Shown here: positions 10,820 through 20,911 of the stretch, piece by piece
How positions within the stretch are numbered: position 1 is the first letter of the stretch
Layout of the letters: each line of letters begins with the position of its first letter
NCBI RefSeq assembly: GCF_003704095.1
Contig: NW_020843698.1
Span: 114,018-144,864, forward strand
DNA: 30,847 nucleotides
Source of the DNA: Pocillopora damicornis
Taxonomy: Eukaryota
Reading direction: 5' to 3'
Translations under genes and position numbers: made by a program
Notes under the pieces: model-generated
Databases searched by the model: none
Seen by the model: the letters and a program-made list of their open reading frames with translations, nothing else
What the model was told of the DNA's origin: nothing

Positions 10820-11170
10820 GGTCCTGTCAACCAATCAGATGCAAAACTAAAACCAATTACATCTTGGTCACCCGCGTTTTCCCGCGCTTTGGGCAGTTTG
10901 CTTGCTTTTACTTTGAGTTTTCATTGGTTCTTTAAGGGTATTTTCCTTTCTTCTGATTGGCCACCGTTGCGACAACTTTTGGTTTTGGTTTTGCAACACT
11001 TATTGAAAAGCGCTCTACTACACGTCTTCGTTGGTCCGGGAAAATTTTACCACTCTCTCGACCAGTCAGATGCAAAACTTAAAAAACTGCAATTTGTTCT
11101 CACGTATTTTTTTGCGCTTCAGGCGGTGTGCTTGGTTTTTCTTTGAGATCTCCTTCGCACCATCTCGCGT
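10820..11170. repeat. Two tandem copies of an interspersed repeat (core ccaatcagat..aaaac..ttggtcacc(c/t)gcgttttcccgcgctt..ggcagtttgc) inside a VPS4 intron; a third copy is at 13800-13990.
   Basis: Direct sequence similarity among the three copies. The 150-aa track ORF 10694-11146 runs through these copies and is not a gene. Confidence 0.6.
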
Positions 11171-11376
11171 GACTAGCCAATGTCCTCATACTTAAGGCTT
11201 GGTTTAACTTGATTAAGTCGAAAAGCGCTAAGGCCTGAGTACAACGATTAGAAAAAGTTGCATTAGTTTTAAGATTTGTTTGAAGTCATTGTCACATTTT
11301 CACTAAAATTGGTAGTCATTGCAGTTTATTTATATCGTCATAACTGAGAGTTACTGCTACTGTTTTTGTTTAATAG

Positions 11377-11479
11377 GTAAAACAAGACTCGCGCAGGCTG
11401 TGGCTTCAGAGATCAACTCTGTATTTTACAGTGTGTCCAGTTCTGATCTAGTGTCCAGTTGGGTCGGAGAGAGTGAAAA
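11377..11479 (+). CDS. VPS4: VPS4-type AAA ATPase exon ([34 protein letters not shown]-), Walker A lysine.
   Basis: Acceptor tttaatag. Matches Vps4 [36 protein letters not shown]. Donor GTACGT at 11480. Confidence 0.8.
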
Positions 11480-11612
11480 GTACGTACAGCATATGTTGCT
11501 ATTTGGATGGGTGCAATGTTCTCCTAAACCCCATAACTCCCGTGAGTGACCAAGGCAGAATTTCTCCTTACAATGTTTTCTTGTGTTTTTTTGTTTGTTT
11601 GTTTTTTGTAAG

Positions 11613-11661
11613 GCTTATCAAGGAGCTATTCCAAAATGCAAGAGGCCAACAGGTTCAATCA
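11613..11661 (+). CDS. VPS4: VPS4-type AAA ATPase exon (K-LIKELFQNARGQQVQS).
   Basis: Acceptor ttttttgtaag. Matches Vps4 LVKNLFQLARENKPS. Strong donor GTAAGT at 11662; a weaker alternative is at 11653. Confidence 0.7.
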
Positions 11662-12255
11662 GTAAGTATAAAACTTGTTTTGTAGCGCGCGAGTCAGTAC
11701 AAGGAATCTGCTTCTACACTTGTGCGACCTTCTTCATACTATTCAAGCCGATGGAATCTCAGTCCTGAAGAAGAGAGTTTTCGGATTTTTCTGTAAGCTT
11801 CGTTTTTAACTGAGTCTTATCTACGAACGGATGTGAATCAAAGATTATATTTTTTAAGCGAAGTTTAAACTTGATAACAAAAAAACTAAGACCAATTTAG
11901 GCACAGTTAGGTGTACTTTAAGTTGCACAGGTGAAGTCCTTATTAAATTTTTCTTACTAACATCAATTACTGCTCTGAACCACTTGTGTGTTCCTTGGAC
12001 TTTTTAACGAACGTATTGAACCATATTTGCCAAACAGAAATATTACCGAGGTTTCCATTGGAAAAAACTGACCAAGGATGCCATTCACACGCCGAAAGCG
12101 CGGATTTTTCTCATGGTTTCTGCATCTTTAACTCCGCTATTATTGGCTAATTTGTTCCCTTTCAAATCAAAGTAGAACTGTTCGATGCGGCACTCATTTT
12201 TGTTCACATCAAAAGCCTTTTCAAGTATTTGCTATACTCTCTTTATATTTTCCAG

Positions 12256-12351
12256 GTAATTTTTATAGACGAAATTGATAGCATCTGTAGGAAAAGAAGC
12301 TCGCGGGAAGAAGAGTACACTCGAAGAATTAAGACTGAGTTATTAAAACAG
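12256..12351 (+). CDS. VPS4: VPS4-type AAA ATPase exon ([32 protein letters not shown]), Walker B DEID.
   Basis: Acceptor tattttccag. Matches Vps4 [32 protein letters not shown]. Donor GTCGGT at 12352. Confidence 0.85.
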
Positions 12352-12676
12352 GTCGGTAGATTTTGGAAACAGATCTTCGTGTATTTAGGTTACTTATCTA
12401 CTAATCAGCTGCTGACATGTCACTCGCCTTTCGAACCACTCTGTTGACTTTTCTTGTCAGTAAAGGCCTATAGTGTTTATATAATAAACAGAGTAACACA
12501 TTGTAGCCATGGAAATTCTCTTCCCAGTCGTGTTCAGCTCAATATCTGCGAGCTCGTTCGCTGTGCTCAGATATCGGGTTGAACACTCGAAGATAAATTT
12601 TATATTTACACGCGCCCCAAGTGTTCTTCTATATTTATTTCTAAATTCTGTTTTTTTTTTCTTACTTCTATTAAAG

Positions 12677-12807
12677 ATGGAAGAGGCTGATAACCCTGCG
12701 TCAATGAACCATTTCATCTTGCTCTGTGCTACCAACTGTCCCTGGGAACTAGACTCCGCCTTCCTGAGAAGATTCCAGAAAAGAATATACATTCCATTAC
12801 CAGATAA
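12677..12807 (+). CDS. VPS4: VPS4-type AAA ATPase exon ([43 protein letters not shown]-), sensor-1 and arginine-finger region.
   Basis: Acceptor ctattaaag. Matches Vps4 [36 protein letters not shown]. Donor GTAAGA at 12808. Confidence 0.85.
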
Positions 12808-12889
12808 GTAAGATTTTGGTTATTCTGAAACGAAGCACTCAAAAGCAGAGACTTGAGCAAGAAGCATTCTAATTTATAAGGAACCAAGT

Positions 12890-13085
12890 ACTGGAACTCG
12901 CGGAAAGCGATGAACCGCGAGGTCGAAAACGAAATACCCGCAACTCAATCGAAAACGGAGAACCCCGAGCTCGTAAAAGAATTACCCGAAATCGATCAAA
13001 AGCGAAGCCGAACCACGAGGTATGAAGTACCCCGAAGTCGGTCGAAAACGAAGAACCACGAGCTCGAAAGCGAAAATTTCTGAAG
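12890..13085. repeat. Minisatellite, about 4 copies of a ~46-bp unit (GAACCNCGAG.TCG.AAA.GAA.TACCCG.AA.TC..TCGAAAAC).
   Basis: Tandem periodicity is visible directly. The minus-strand track ORF 12869-13102 (repeating RARGSSFS/RARGSPFS/RPRGSSLS) is an artefact of translating this repeat. Confidence 0.6.
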
Positions 13086-13168
13086 ACATCTTTTAACTCC
13101 AAAAAAAAAACGATGGTATCCCGAACTGAACAGAAAGAGAACTAACTACTGCTTTTGTGTTTTTTTTT

Positions 13169-13190
13169 TGTGTGTGTGTGTGTATGTCTG
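13169..13190. repeat. Short (TG)n microsatellite preceded by poly-T.
   Basis: The run tgtgtgtgtgtgtgtatgtctg is visible directly. Confidence 0.7.
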
Positions 13191-13513
13191 GGTCGGAAAT
13201 GCATCGATTTGGCTGTACGAAACACCTCTAAATTGATGAAAATTGCCATGTTTGATACAGACTGTCAAAATTCGCAAATAATAAGGTGCAACGTTTTGTC
13301 GAATTTACAGAACTCATAATTTCACTATTTTATTAATTGTGACTCTTAACTCCTGCCCGTGGACGAGGTTACTTGCGATAGTCACTGATGTATGATAAAA
13401 AGAATGATCTGAGAAATGTATTTGTTTCTATTTGTCTACGAGTATTTTACATTTCATAATTTTTAATGAAGTAAGTTTCAATTTCTAAGGGCCAGCGGTA
13501 TTTTATTTCATAG

Positions 13514-13704
13514 AGCTGCACGCATTGCGTTAATGAAAATACACTTGGGAGTCACTCCTTCATCGCTCACTGCGGAAGATTGGTACCTACTTGGTGACAG
13601 GACAGAGGGCTTCTCGGGCAGCGATTTGTCAAACTGCACCTCAGATGCCATGTTTGAACCGTTACGTGAACTTGAAAACACCTCTCGCTGGAAGATGAAC
13701 AAAG
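13514..13704 (+). CDS. VPS4: VPS4-type AAA ATPase exon (K-AARIALMKIHLGVTPSSLTAEDWYLLGDRTEGFSGSDLSNCTSDAMFEPLRELENTSRWKMNK-), small AAA subdomain.
   Basis: Acceptor ttatttcatag. Matches Vps4 [62 protein letters not shown]. Donor GTAAAA at 13705. Confidence 0.8.
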
Positions 13705-13799
13705 GTAAAATGCAGGAGATTGTATTCTACAGTGAGAGCCCTTTGAGGTTGAAATCAAAGTAAACGCAACTGCTAATGAGAGGAACGGAAAACATTGGT

Positions 13800-13990
13800 C
13801 CAGAAGATTCGCACCATTTTCCAACCAATCAGATTTAAAATTAAAACCACGACTTGGTCACCTGCGTTTTCCCGCGCTTCAGGTAGTTTGCGCGTTGCTA
13901 CTCTGAGTTCTCATTGGCCGCTCTTGACCTTTCTTGCCGTCTGATTGGCTTTTATGATTTCTTTGGTTTTGGCACCTAATAAAAAAACGC
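13800..13990. repeat. Third copy of the ccaatcag/ttggtcacctgcgttttcccgcgcttcagg repeat.
   Basis: Aligns with the 10820-11170 copies (attggtcacc.gcgttttcccgcgctt, ctgattgg inverted CCAAT-like ends). Confidence 0.55.
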
Positions 13991-14144
13991 TCCAACTATG
14001 TTACTGAAACATAGGACAAGTGGAAGGCAAGAAGGTGGCCCTAAACCATATGATTCCAAACCTAGTATTGCCGTTTGATTACACTGATTTGTCATCTATT
14101 TGTTGTCTTACGTGGCCTTTAGTTGACACCTCTCCTTCTATCAG

Positions 14145-14221
14145 ATTTGTTTTATGTGCCGTGCTCTGAAATTGAAGAAGACGTCATAAATTCATCCATG
14201 AGGGATCTTCCATCTCAAAAA
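14145..14221 (+). CDS. VPS4: VPS4-type AAA ATPase beta-domain exon (D-LFYVPCSEIEEDVINSSMRDLPSQK).
   Basis: Acceptor ccttctatcag, donor GTATGT at 14222. Aligns to the Vps4-specific beta-domain LLTPCSPGD...MTWMDVPGDKL. Confidence 0.7.
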
Positions 14222-14479
14222 GTATGTTTTATGTCCTTTTTTATCATTCAGAAGTTGCCTTAAACCTTTTACTTTACCTGTGTCTTTAAAAATAACGTTG
14301 AGGGTATTAAGTCCTGTAACTTAAACCCTTTTATACCCCAAGATCTGATTGTCAATTCTCCCCTATAGCTGCTACAGATTTCCTTGTATATTAGTTACGA
14401 GAATTTGGTGTTGGATCAGTCGTGATCTCTTCATTGAAGATTAATTGATGAAGTTGTTTTCTCTATCACTTCCATCTAG

Positions 14480-14605
14480 ATTCAACCTCGTTCTGTGAGA
14501 CTTGATGATTTCTTGAAAGTGTTGTCGCACAATACAAGCACAGTTGCCGAAGAAGACTTAAAAAAATTTGAAAAGTTTACCATAAATCTTGGACAGAGGG
14601 GATAA
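14480..14605 (+). CDS. VPS4: VPS4-type AAA ATPase terminal exon (IQPRSVRLDDFLKVLSHNTSTVAEEDLKKFEKFTINLGQRG, stop TAA 14603-14605).
   Basis: Acceptor ttccatctag. The C-terminal helix matches Vps4 [36 protein letters not shown]. Confidence 0.85.
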   Translation: MQPRSVRLDDFLKVLSHNTSTVAEEDLKKFEKFTINLGQRG

Positions 14606-15329
14606 ACCGTTACTGGAGAAATCTCATGCTAGTACTGTAACAAACAAAGTACAAAACTGAACTGAACTGAACACCCAGTTAACGCTAATTTCCGAATTAA
14701 CTTCGAAAGTCATATAAGATTGCCGATTGGGTTTGCCTTACCACGCTCCATAATTTGTCGAGGAAACTTGCGCCATCGTCTGAAACAAAACTTGAAGAGC
14801 TAAACTAAAACCAATATCGTCTGTTCACATTTCTACCTATAAAGAAGTCTGCTTGTTCTTACGATGAGTTGTTTTTTGGCTCCCTTTGATTTTTCCCTTT
14901 GTTCTGATTAACCATTGATTTGATTTTGGTTTTTTATAACACCCAATCGATTAGCGCATCAGAATGTTGCGCAAATAATTCGGGTGTCGCCTTGTCGCCG
15001 TTCATGGAACAGTTATTGCGAGATGATGTGTTACAACTGCTTCACATCGTTTTATTTTTTTTTTCAATATTTTCCTTAAATATTATATTGTACTGTATTC
15101 AGAAAACAATGTGTTACAGTTAGACACTAAGTCAATTCTGGTCACTTATAGCAAAGCGAACTGAGTTTTCGGGAAAATCTCAAACTTAGGCCATGTCGTG
15201 TTGGATATTGGGCCGTTTGCTATCACAATTCGTTTTACTCACTGAATGACCAGACCTGGAATAGACTAAAGCCGGCACACAAACCTTTTTCGAACAAAAG
15301 AGACCTTCTGACCTGAAGAACTGACCCCT

Positions 15330-15400
15330 TTCGCGCTGTTCTGGGCGGTAGGTGGGCGGCGCCGTTTAAATAGGCGCGGAAATGACCTGGGTGCTAGGCT
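15330..15400 (+). promoter_or_regulatory. MVP: Putative MVP core promoter: two GGGCGG GC-boxes (15344-15349, 15354-15359) and the TATA-like tttaaatagg (15365-15374).
   Basis: GC-rich island about 0.9 kb upstream of the MVP ATG. It is followed by a probable non-coding exon ending at a GTTAGT donor. Confidence 0.4.
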
Positions 15401-15511
15401 GGCTTTACAATGGAAAGCAAAACAAAGAACTTTCTGCAGGTTGCGTTCGACTTCGCAAGCGGCAGAAAGTGAAATATTCGGTGTCTTGCTTTCGCACAGA
15501 GCAATTTAAAG
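15395..15511 (+). other. MVP: Probable non-coding first exon (5' UTR) of MVP. It ends at the donor aaag|GTTAGT at 15512 and would splice to the acceptor ttaaactttag at 16233-16243.
   Basis: The donor lies ~30 nt downstream of a strong 40-nt hairpin. The ATG-containing exon begins just after an AG acceptor 9 nt upstream of the ATG. The TSS position is inferred. Confidence 0.3.
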
Positions 15512-16251
15512 GTTAGTGAAGATCGGAGAGATACATCCTATTACAACGGTTCGTATACTCCTCTATGGTCAACTATTTTAACACTTCAATTTTGTTGATC
15601 GAATTTGTTTACCTCAGCTAAATATTATTATGCCTGTGAGCTTGATCTCCCTTGTGTTAGTCGGTGCAAGACACTCCTTTCACTTAAGAGTTTTCTACAA
15701 GTCTGTTAAAAGTTAAAAATGCAGTCGTAACTGTGGATTTTTTAGTTAATCTTCGGTCGGTGTGCAGCTTTGAAACATAAAGATACTCGAGAATGTTTCC
15801 TAAATGGGACTAAGCCTTTCCTAAACTGCAGGCCTTGCAAATTTTGAGACATGCATAATATTTCAGTTACTCAAACCTTCCCTCTTACTTTGAAAGCAAG
15901 TGATTCAGGTAATTCGCCTGCTTTTACGAGGTAACGTTCTTGGATAAATTAGTTTGTTAGCCGATAACACATGTATTTACAAAGGTAACCTAATCCCGTG
16001 CGAAGCAGAATTTGAAGTTCTTTGTTCGAAGGGCCTGTGCAGGCCGAACTTTTGTCATGTAAAGGTTTGAAATTGAAATGACCAGCTTACCAAGTTGCGA
16101 AATGTCTCCGACCCATTTAGTCAGCTTGTCAGTTCTCGGTAATCTGTCAGCAGAGTTAAAATAACAGTGGTTGCTTTTAATGTAAATAGAGATGGAAAAA
16201 ATGTACGAGAATGAATGAAGTTTCCTTATTTCTTAAACTTTAGACTGAGCC

Positions 16252-16404
16252 ATGAGTAGTGGACGCGGACGTACTGCCCCTCATGATGAGGAGAGTATTT
16301 ATCGTATTCCACCATATTATTACATTCATGTTTTGGATCAGAACACGAATGTCACCAAGGTGGAAGTTGGTCCGAAAACCTTCATCCGTCAAGATAACGA
16401 AAAG
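16252..16404 (+). CDS. MVP: MVP exon 1 ([51 protein letters not shown]).
   Basis: Aligns to human [39 protein letters not shown]. Donor GTTAGT at 16405. Confidence 0.85.
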
Positions 16405-16743
16405 GTTAGTGCTAGTGAATCTTTCAGTTGGACAAGTATAGGATAATTTAAGGTGAATTTTCTTTGACAGGTGGACGAATGGATCTAGTTTAAAATTAAA
16501 TTAACGTCAGTCTGCAGTTAAGATTTTATTTTGCAAAACAGCTGCTAAAACAGAAACACTTTGACATTAACATATTGGCAAGATTTGCGCTCAGTTCCAT
16601 GCTTCATTATGCATACAGTTCTGTTATAAAGGAAACAATGGTGAAAACAATAGATTGCCTTTGGAACCAGGGCTTTGTTTTAGAATAGTATGTATATGTT
16701 ATACAGTAATAATTCTGATTTATTTTCTGTTCCATTCACACAG

Positions 16744-16881
16744 GTTATTCTTGGTCCAGAAAGAATGATTACAATTCCTCCTCGGCATTACTGTGTTGTG
16801 GAAAATCCAGTTCTTAGGGATAAGGATGGGCGTGTCGTTATAGATTCTAATGGACAGATCAAACTGGGTCATGCCGATCAG
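16744..16881 (+). CDS. MVP: MVP exon 2 (VILGPERMITIPPRHYCVVENPVLRDKDGRVVIDSNGQIKLGHADQ).
   Basis: Acceptor ttcacacag. Matches human [46 protein letters not shown]. Donor GTAACA at 16882. Confidence 0.9.
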
Positions 16882-17756
16882 GTAACATAGCGGTTTTACA
16901 TAGTGCTGTTAATTCAACGTAAAACCAATTTTTGAAAGTGAATTATTCCTTTAACTCCCAGATGTGATTAACATGTAACTTCTCCCAATAATATTCATAA
17001 ATTATATAGCAAACAGGTGACAAGAATACTCAAACTTATCTGGTAGAAGTTGTTATCTCGATCTAACACCAAATTCTAATAAATAAGTTATTAGGAAATG
17101 ATTAGCAGCAAGAGGGGAGCATCAAAAATCAGACTTTGGAGTTGAAAGGTTAAGGGAGGAATGCAAAATCTGATGTTATTATAAGGCAAACAGTAGAATT
17201 TAAGATTAATATTGGTCAATGAGTGTATTTCTTGCATTCACTGTGGTGAGAATATTCAAGCTTGTCTGAAAGGTTGTTAATGTTTCATTTATTAGAAGAA
17301 TGCTCAATTAACCTTGCTTTTAGAAGGATATGTCAGCCATATGGTCTACATAAAAATGCTTATTTAAGACAATACTGTTATGTTCTGAATGTTATGTGTA
17401 AATTAAGACAAGTATGGACTTTGTTTGAAGGAAAAATAAACACACAACATTTTGATACTTTAAACAAGCATTTTAGAAAATATCAAAATACAGCTTTCTT
17501 TGCTTGGTCTTGGATGTAAGGTTGTAACAAGTTGATAACAGACCCGTACTCCAGAAAAAATAACCAATCAGTGGTTGTTCATAGCAAATATTCCAGAAGA
17601 CTGGAGGTTTGAAAAAAAAAACCTGAGAATTAAATTTTGGACAGCGGAAGAGGGAAGGGAAATAGGGAAAAGAAAATAGGGAAGGGAGGAGAGGAGTGAT
17701 CGAAACTAAGGACCCTGTGGTGGACGATGAATTATACCATTTGTCATGTATTTTAG

Positions 17757-17937
17757 GATATTCGTCTTGCTCAAGACCCATTCCCTTTGTATCCTGGTGA
17801 AGTTTTGAAGCAAGGTGTTACTGGTCTAAGGGTGGTTATGGCTAACTCTGCCATACGACTCCGTGCAATGCTGGACTATGAGTCTGAATCAGGAGAGAAG
17901 AGAGTGGCTGGGGATGAGTGGTTGTTTGAAGGGCCAG
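17757..17937 (+). CDS. MVP: MVP exon 3 ([60 protein letters not shown]-).
   Basis: Acceptor tattttag. Matches human [20 protein letters not shown]...[14 protein letters not shown]. Donor GTAATA at 17938. Confidence 0.9.
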
Positions 17938-18620
17938 GTAATACTCATGCTGATTCATATCTTATTGAGAGGAAATAGTATGATTTATACTGGTAAACTA
18001 AGTGTACATTGATATAAAACCCTTGCTGAGAGGGTCTTTACCCTTTAACCCTCAGTATTGATTAGCTTGTAACTTCTTCTTGTGATACCGATATATTGTC
18101 TTGCTAACAAGTTATGAGAAGAGACAAGCTTATCAGCTAGTGGATGTTATGTTCACTTGATATAATATACATTCCCCTGTCTAATTACAAGAAACTCTGT
18201 GACAGTAAGAAGGAGGAAATACTAGTTGGATCTAAATGAGAACTAACAGGTTAATCTATCAAGCAAGGGTCTCAAGAGAGCCATTCTTTTTTAATTATAA
18301 TATGATAATTATTTAGTTTTAATTTTTAGGTTATACTTATATGTTTCTGAACATTTTGCTTCCTAACTTTTCCTGTAATAAGGGGGTATCCTTCAAGAGA
18401 ATTGTGAACTTGAAACTGAGAACATGGTGAATCATATATGATATCAGCTTCTAGTAGATAGCTTGCTGAATTAGTTTCATGCTTTTCTACTCAACTGTAG
18501 TAGTACTCTTTGGGGAAATTCATTGCATTGAAGTAGATATAGCATATAGAAATAAGTAATTCTTAATTAATCAGTATAATCTTATCACATTTTAAAAACA
18601 ATTATAAATATTTTCTACAG

Positions 18621-18724
18621 GTACATATATACCAAAGAAAGAGGTTGAAGTGGTAGAAAACATCCTTGCCACCATTATCCAGCCAAACCAAGCCATCAGA
18701 CTGAGGGCAAGAAAGGAAACCAAA
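18621..18724 (+). CDS. MVP: MVP exon 4 ([35 protein letters not shown]).
   Basis: Acceptor ttttctacag. Matches human [32 protein letters not shown]. Donor GTAAGG at 18725. Confidence 0.9.
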
Positions 18725-18961
18725 GTAAGGACTTTGAAGACAGGATTTTTTAAATTTATCATGTATAGGAATAATAATATTTGGTACATGTGCATGCAAG
18801 GACCAAACTAAACTAGAGACAGATTGGTGGTTCTGTCTGAAACATCCAGATTCTTAATTTGTTACCTTTTATCAAAGGAAGTGAGACTTAATCCAGAATA
18901 AAGGGGATAAGTGTCACAGGAAACTGTGGTTCTACATCAGTGGGAGAATACAACAAGGTAA

Positions 18962-19135
18962 TTCATTATTATCAACTGAGTTGATCACTAAATTGGCCAG
19001 TGTTAACCCTCTGTCAGAATGAAAGATGAAGGGCTAATGCTTGAAACAACATACAGCTTTAAAACTCATTATGGTGGTCCGTTCACAGAATGAACACAGT
19101 TGATGATACTAAATTACCTTAAAAGTAAAGGATCT
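18962..19135. repeat. Family C interspersed repeat carrying the palindrome tatcaactgagttgat. Other copies at 20985-21200 and 26330-26520 (all in MVP introns).
   Basis: Shared segments in all three copies: ttatcaactgagttgata, ctttatggtggccaattta and the tail actaaattaccc. Two also share cagcaccacagtttctt.agaaa..tacccccttta. Confidence 0.55.
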
Positions 19136-19207
19136 GTTTTGAGGTAAATTTGCAACCTCATCTTACTTCTTCTTTTTCTCATTATTTGAAAATTAATCTT
19201 CAAACAG

Positions 19208-19330
19208 GATCGTGATGATAACTTGCGTGTTGCTGGGGAAGAGTGGCTTGTTAAAAAGATTGGTGCTTATCTTCCTGGTGCTTATGAGGAAGTGGTTGAT
19301 GTTGTAAATGCCTATGTATTGACTGAGAAG
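19208..19330 (+). CDS. MVP: MVP exon 5 ([41 protein letters not shown]).
   Basis: Acceptor cttcaaacag. Matches human [41 protein letters not shown]. Donor GTGGGT at 19331. Confidence 0.9.
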
Positions 19331-19456
19331 GTGGGTGCAAGAACGTATTAAAAATGTATCATATTTGATTGACAAAGAAAGATAGATATATAGTGCAGAG
19401 GACAGCTACTTCATGGAATTTGATTGGGTAGGAACTAAATGCTACTGAAGAAATGA

Positions 19457-19605
19457 AAAATGGTTTCCGTGTTTACATAGCCTGATGTAAACATGCAGGA
19501 GGTTGGGAGAACACGAGATAAGCGTATCTTATCTCGTATCTTATCGAGTGTTCTCCCAACCTCCCAAGTGTTTACATCAGGCTATGTAAACACGGAAACC
19601 ATTTT
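19457..19605. repeat. Near-perfect inverted repeat (foldback) with ~57-bp arms (aatggtttccgtgtttacatagcctgatgtaaacatgcaggaggttgggagaacac / gtgttctcccaacctcccaagtgtttacatcaggctatgtaaacacggaaaccatt) around a ~35-bp spacer that is itself palindromic (gagataagcgtatcttatctcg).
   Basis: I reverse-complemented the left arm by hand. It matches the right arm apart from one 6-nt patch. Located in MVP intron 5. Confidence 0.7.
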
Positions 19606-20517
19606 ACTTTTCTTTTATAAAATAACTAATGAAAGAGGAACAAAAACCGTATTTACATATGCTCATGTAAAATGGTTTTATGGCCAATCAGAGCGTGCAT
19701 ACTATTTGAATTATTTTATAAAATATTTTTTTAAAATTCTTTGTTTGACTTTAAGCGAGTTTTTAATTTTTTTCTGAGTGTTTTTTGAAGTTGTTTCTTA
19801 GTGAAGAGTTTAAAAAGACTAAGAAGTGCTAGTGTAGGCTCTCTGTGCTGTGCATGGAGAAAGGAAATGTTTGTGACAGTTCTTCAAAATCTTTGGTCAT
19901 CTGACTGCATTCTTTGAAGATTAGGAATAAGGGAGTGAGAAGATGAAATTTTAAGGAGTTAAACCATAGCCATAGGTGTTTGTAGAATCAGTGGAGTTTA
20001 AACTTTCTGATTTGAAGACCAGTCAAAGGAAAGCAAAGTAGCTCTCCCTGGCTCATTTGAATGCTGATGAACAATGGTAAACTACAGTTATGGTATATAG
20101 TTAAAGTAACAAATTTTCTCCAACCTTTGCAGCTGTACTTTGGTTAAGAACTAAACAACCCTTAAACTCCCTGAAGTGACCAACAAGTAACTTCTCCCTT
20201 TAATATCTGTACATTATTCAGAAAACAGGTAACAAGAATACTCAAACTTATCGGGTAGAAGTTGTTGTCTTGATCTAATGCCAAATTATTGAACTTATTT
20301 ACAAGGAAATGAGTGTGCAGCTAGAGGGGAGAATGAACAATCACACATCTTGGGAGTTAATTGGGGTTATGTGCTGCAAAATATGTTCAAACACCATATG
20401 TAAATCTATGGCATTAGCCAGTACTTTAGAGGATCCCTGAAAAATGCCCCCATGAATTGTCAATATTCCATTATCCTAGTGCCTCTTTTGAGCCTCTTTT
20501 ATTTTTTCATATTATAG

Positions 20518-20643
20518 AAAGCTTTACATCTGCAATCCACACGCACATTCAAAGATGATACAGGTGTTTTACGAAAGAATGGGGAGGAGTGGTTAATTAC
20601 CATGACAGACACAGAGGCACATATTCCAAATGTCTATGAAGAG
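20518..20643 (+). CDS. MVP: MVP exon 6 ([42 protein letters not shown]).
   Basis: Acceptor catattatag. Matches human [42 protein letters not shown]. Donor GTAATG at 20644. Confidence 0.9.
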
Positions 20644-20800
20644 GTAATGTTATTCAATTGATCATCCAGACTATGAAGGCAGCCATAGATGATGAGGAGA
20701 ATTATGCCAACCCTGTAGTTAATTGATGCATTAACTGGTAACAGTTTGAGTAAAACAATTAAAATTTAATACATCAAATCTTACCTGTTCCATCTTGTAG

Positions 20801-20911
20801 GTTGTAGGAGTTGTTGATATCACAACACTGAACAACAGGCAGTACTGTGTCATTCTAGATCCTGTTGATAAAGATGGGAGGCCCCAGCTGGGGCAAAAGA
20901 GGCTAGTGAAG
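20801..20911 (+). CDS. MVP: MVP exon 7 ([37 protein letters not shown]).
   Basis: Acceptor catcttgtag. Matches human [37 protein letters not shown]. Donor GTACTG at 20912. Confidence 0.9.

Noticed and set aside
10694-11146. 150-aa + strand ORF, the longest in the window.
   Set aside because: It lies wholly inside a VPS4 intron and is composed of two tandem repeat copies. It has no homology and a low-complexity, hydrophobic composition.
12869-13102. 77-aa minus-strand ORF with an internally repetitive peptide.
   Set aside because: It is a translation of the 46-bp minisatellite.
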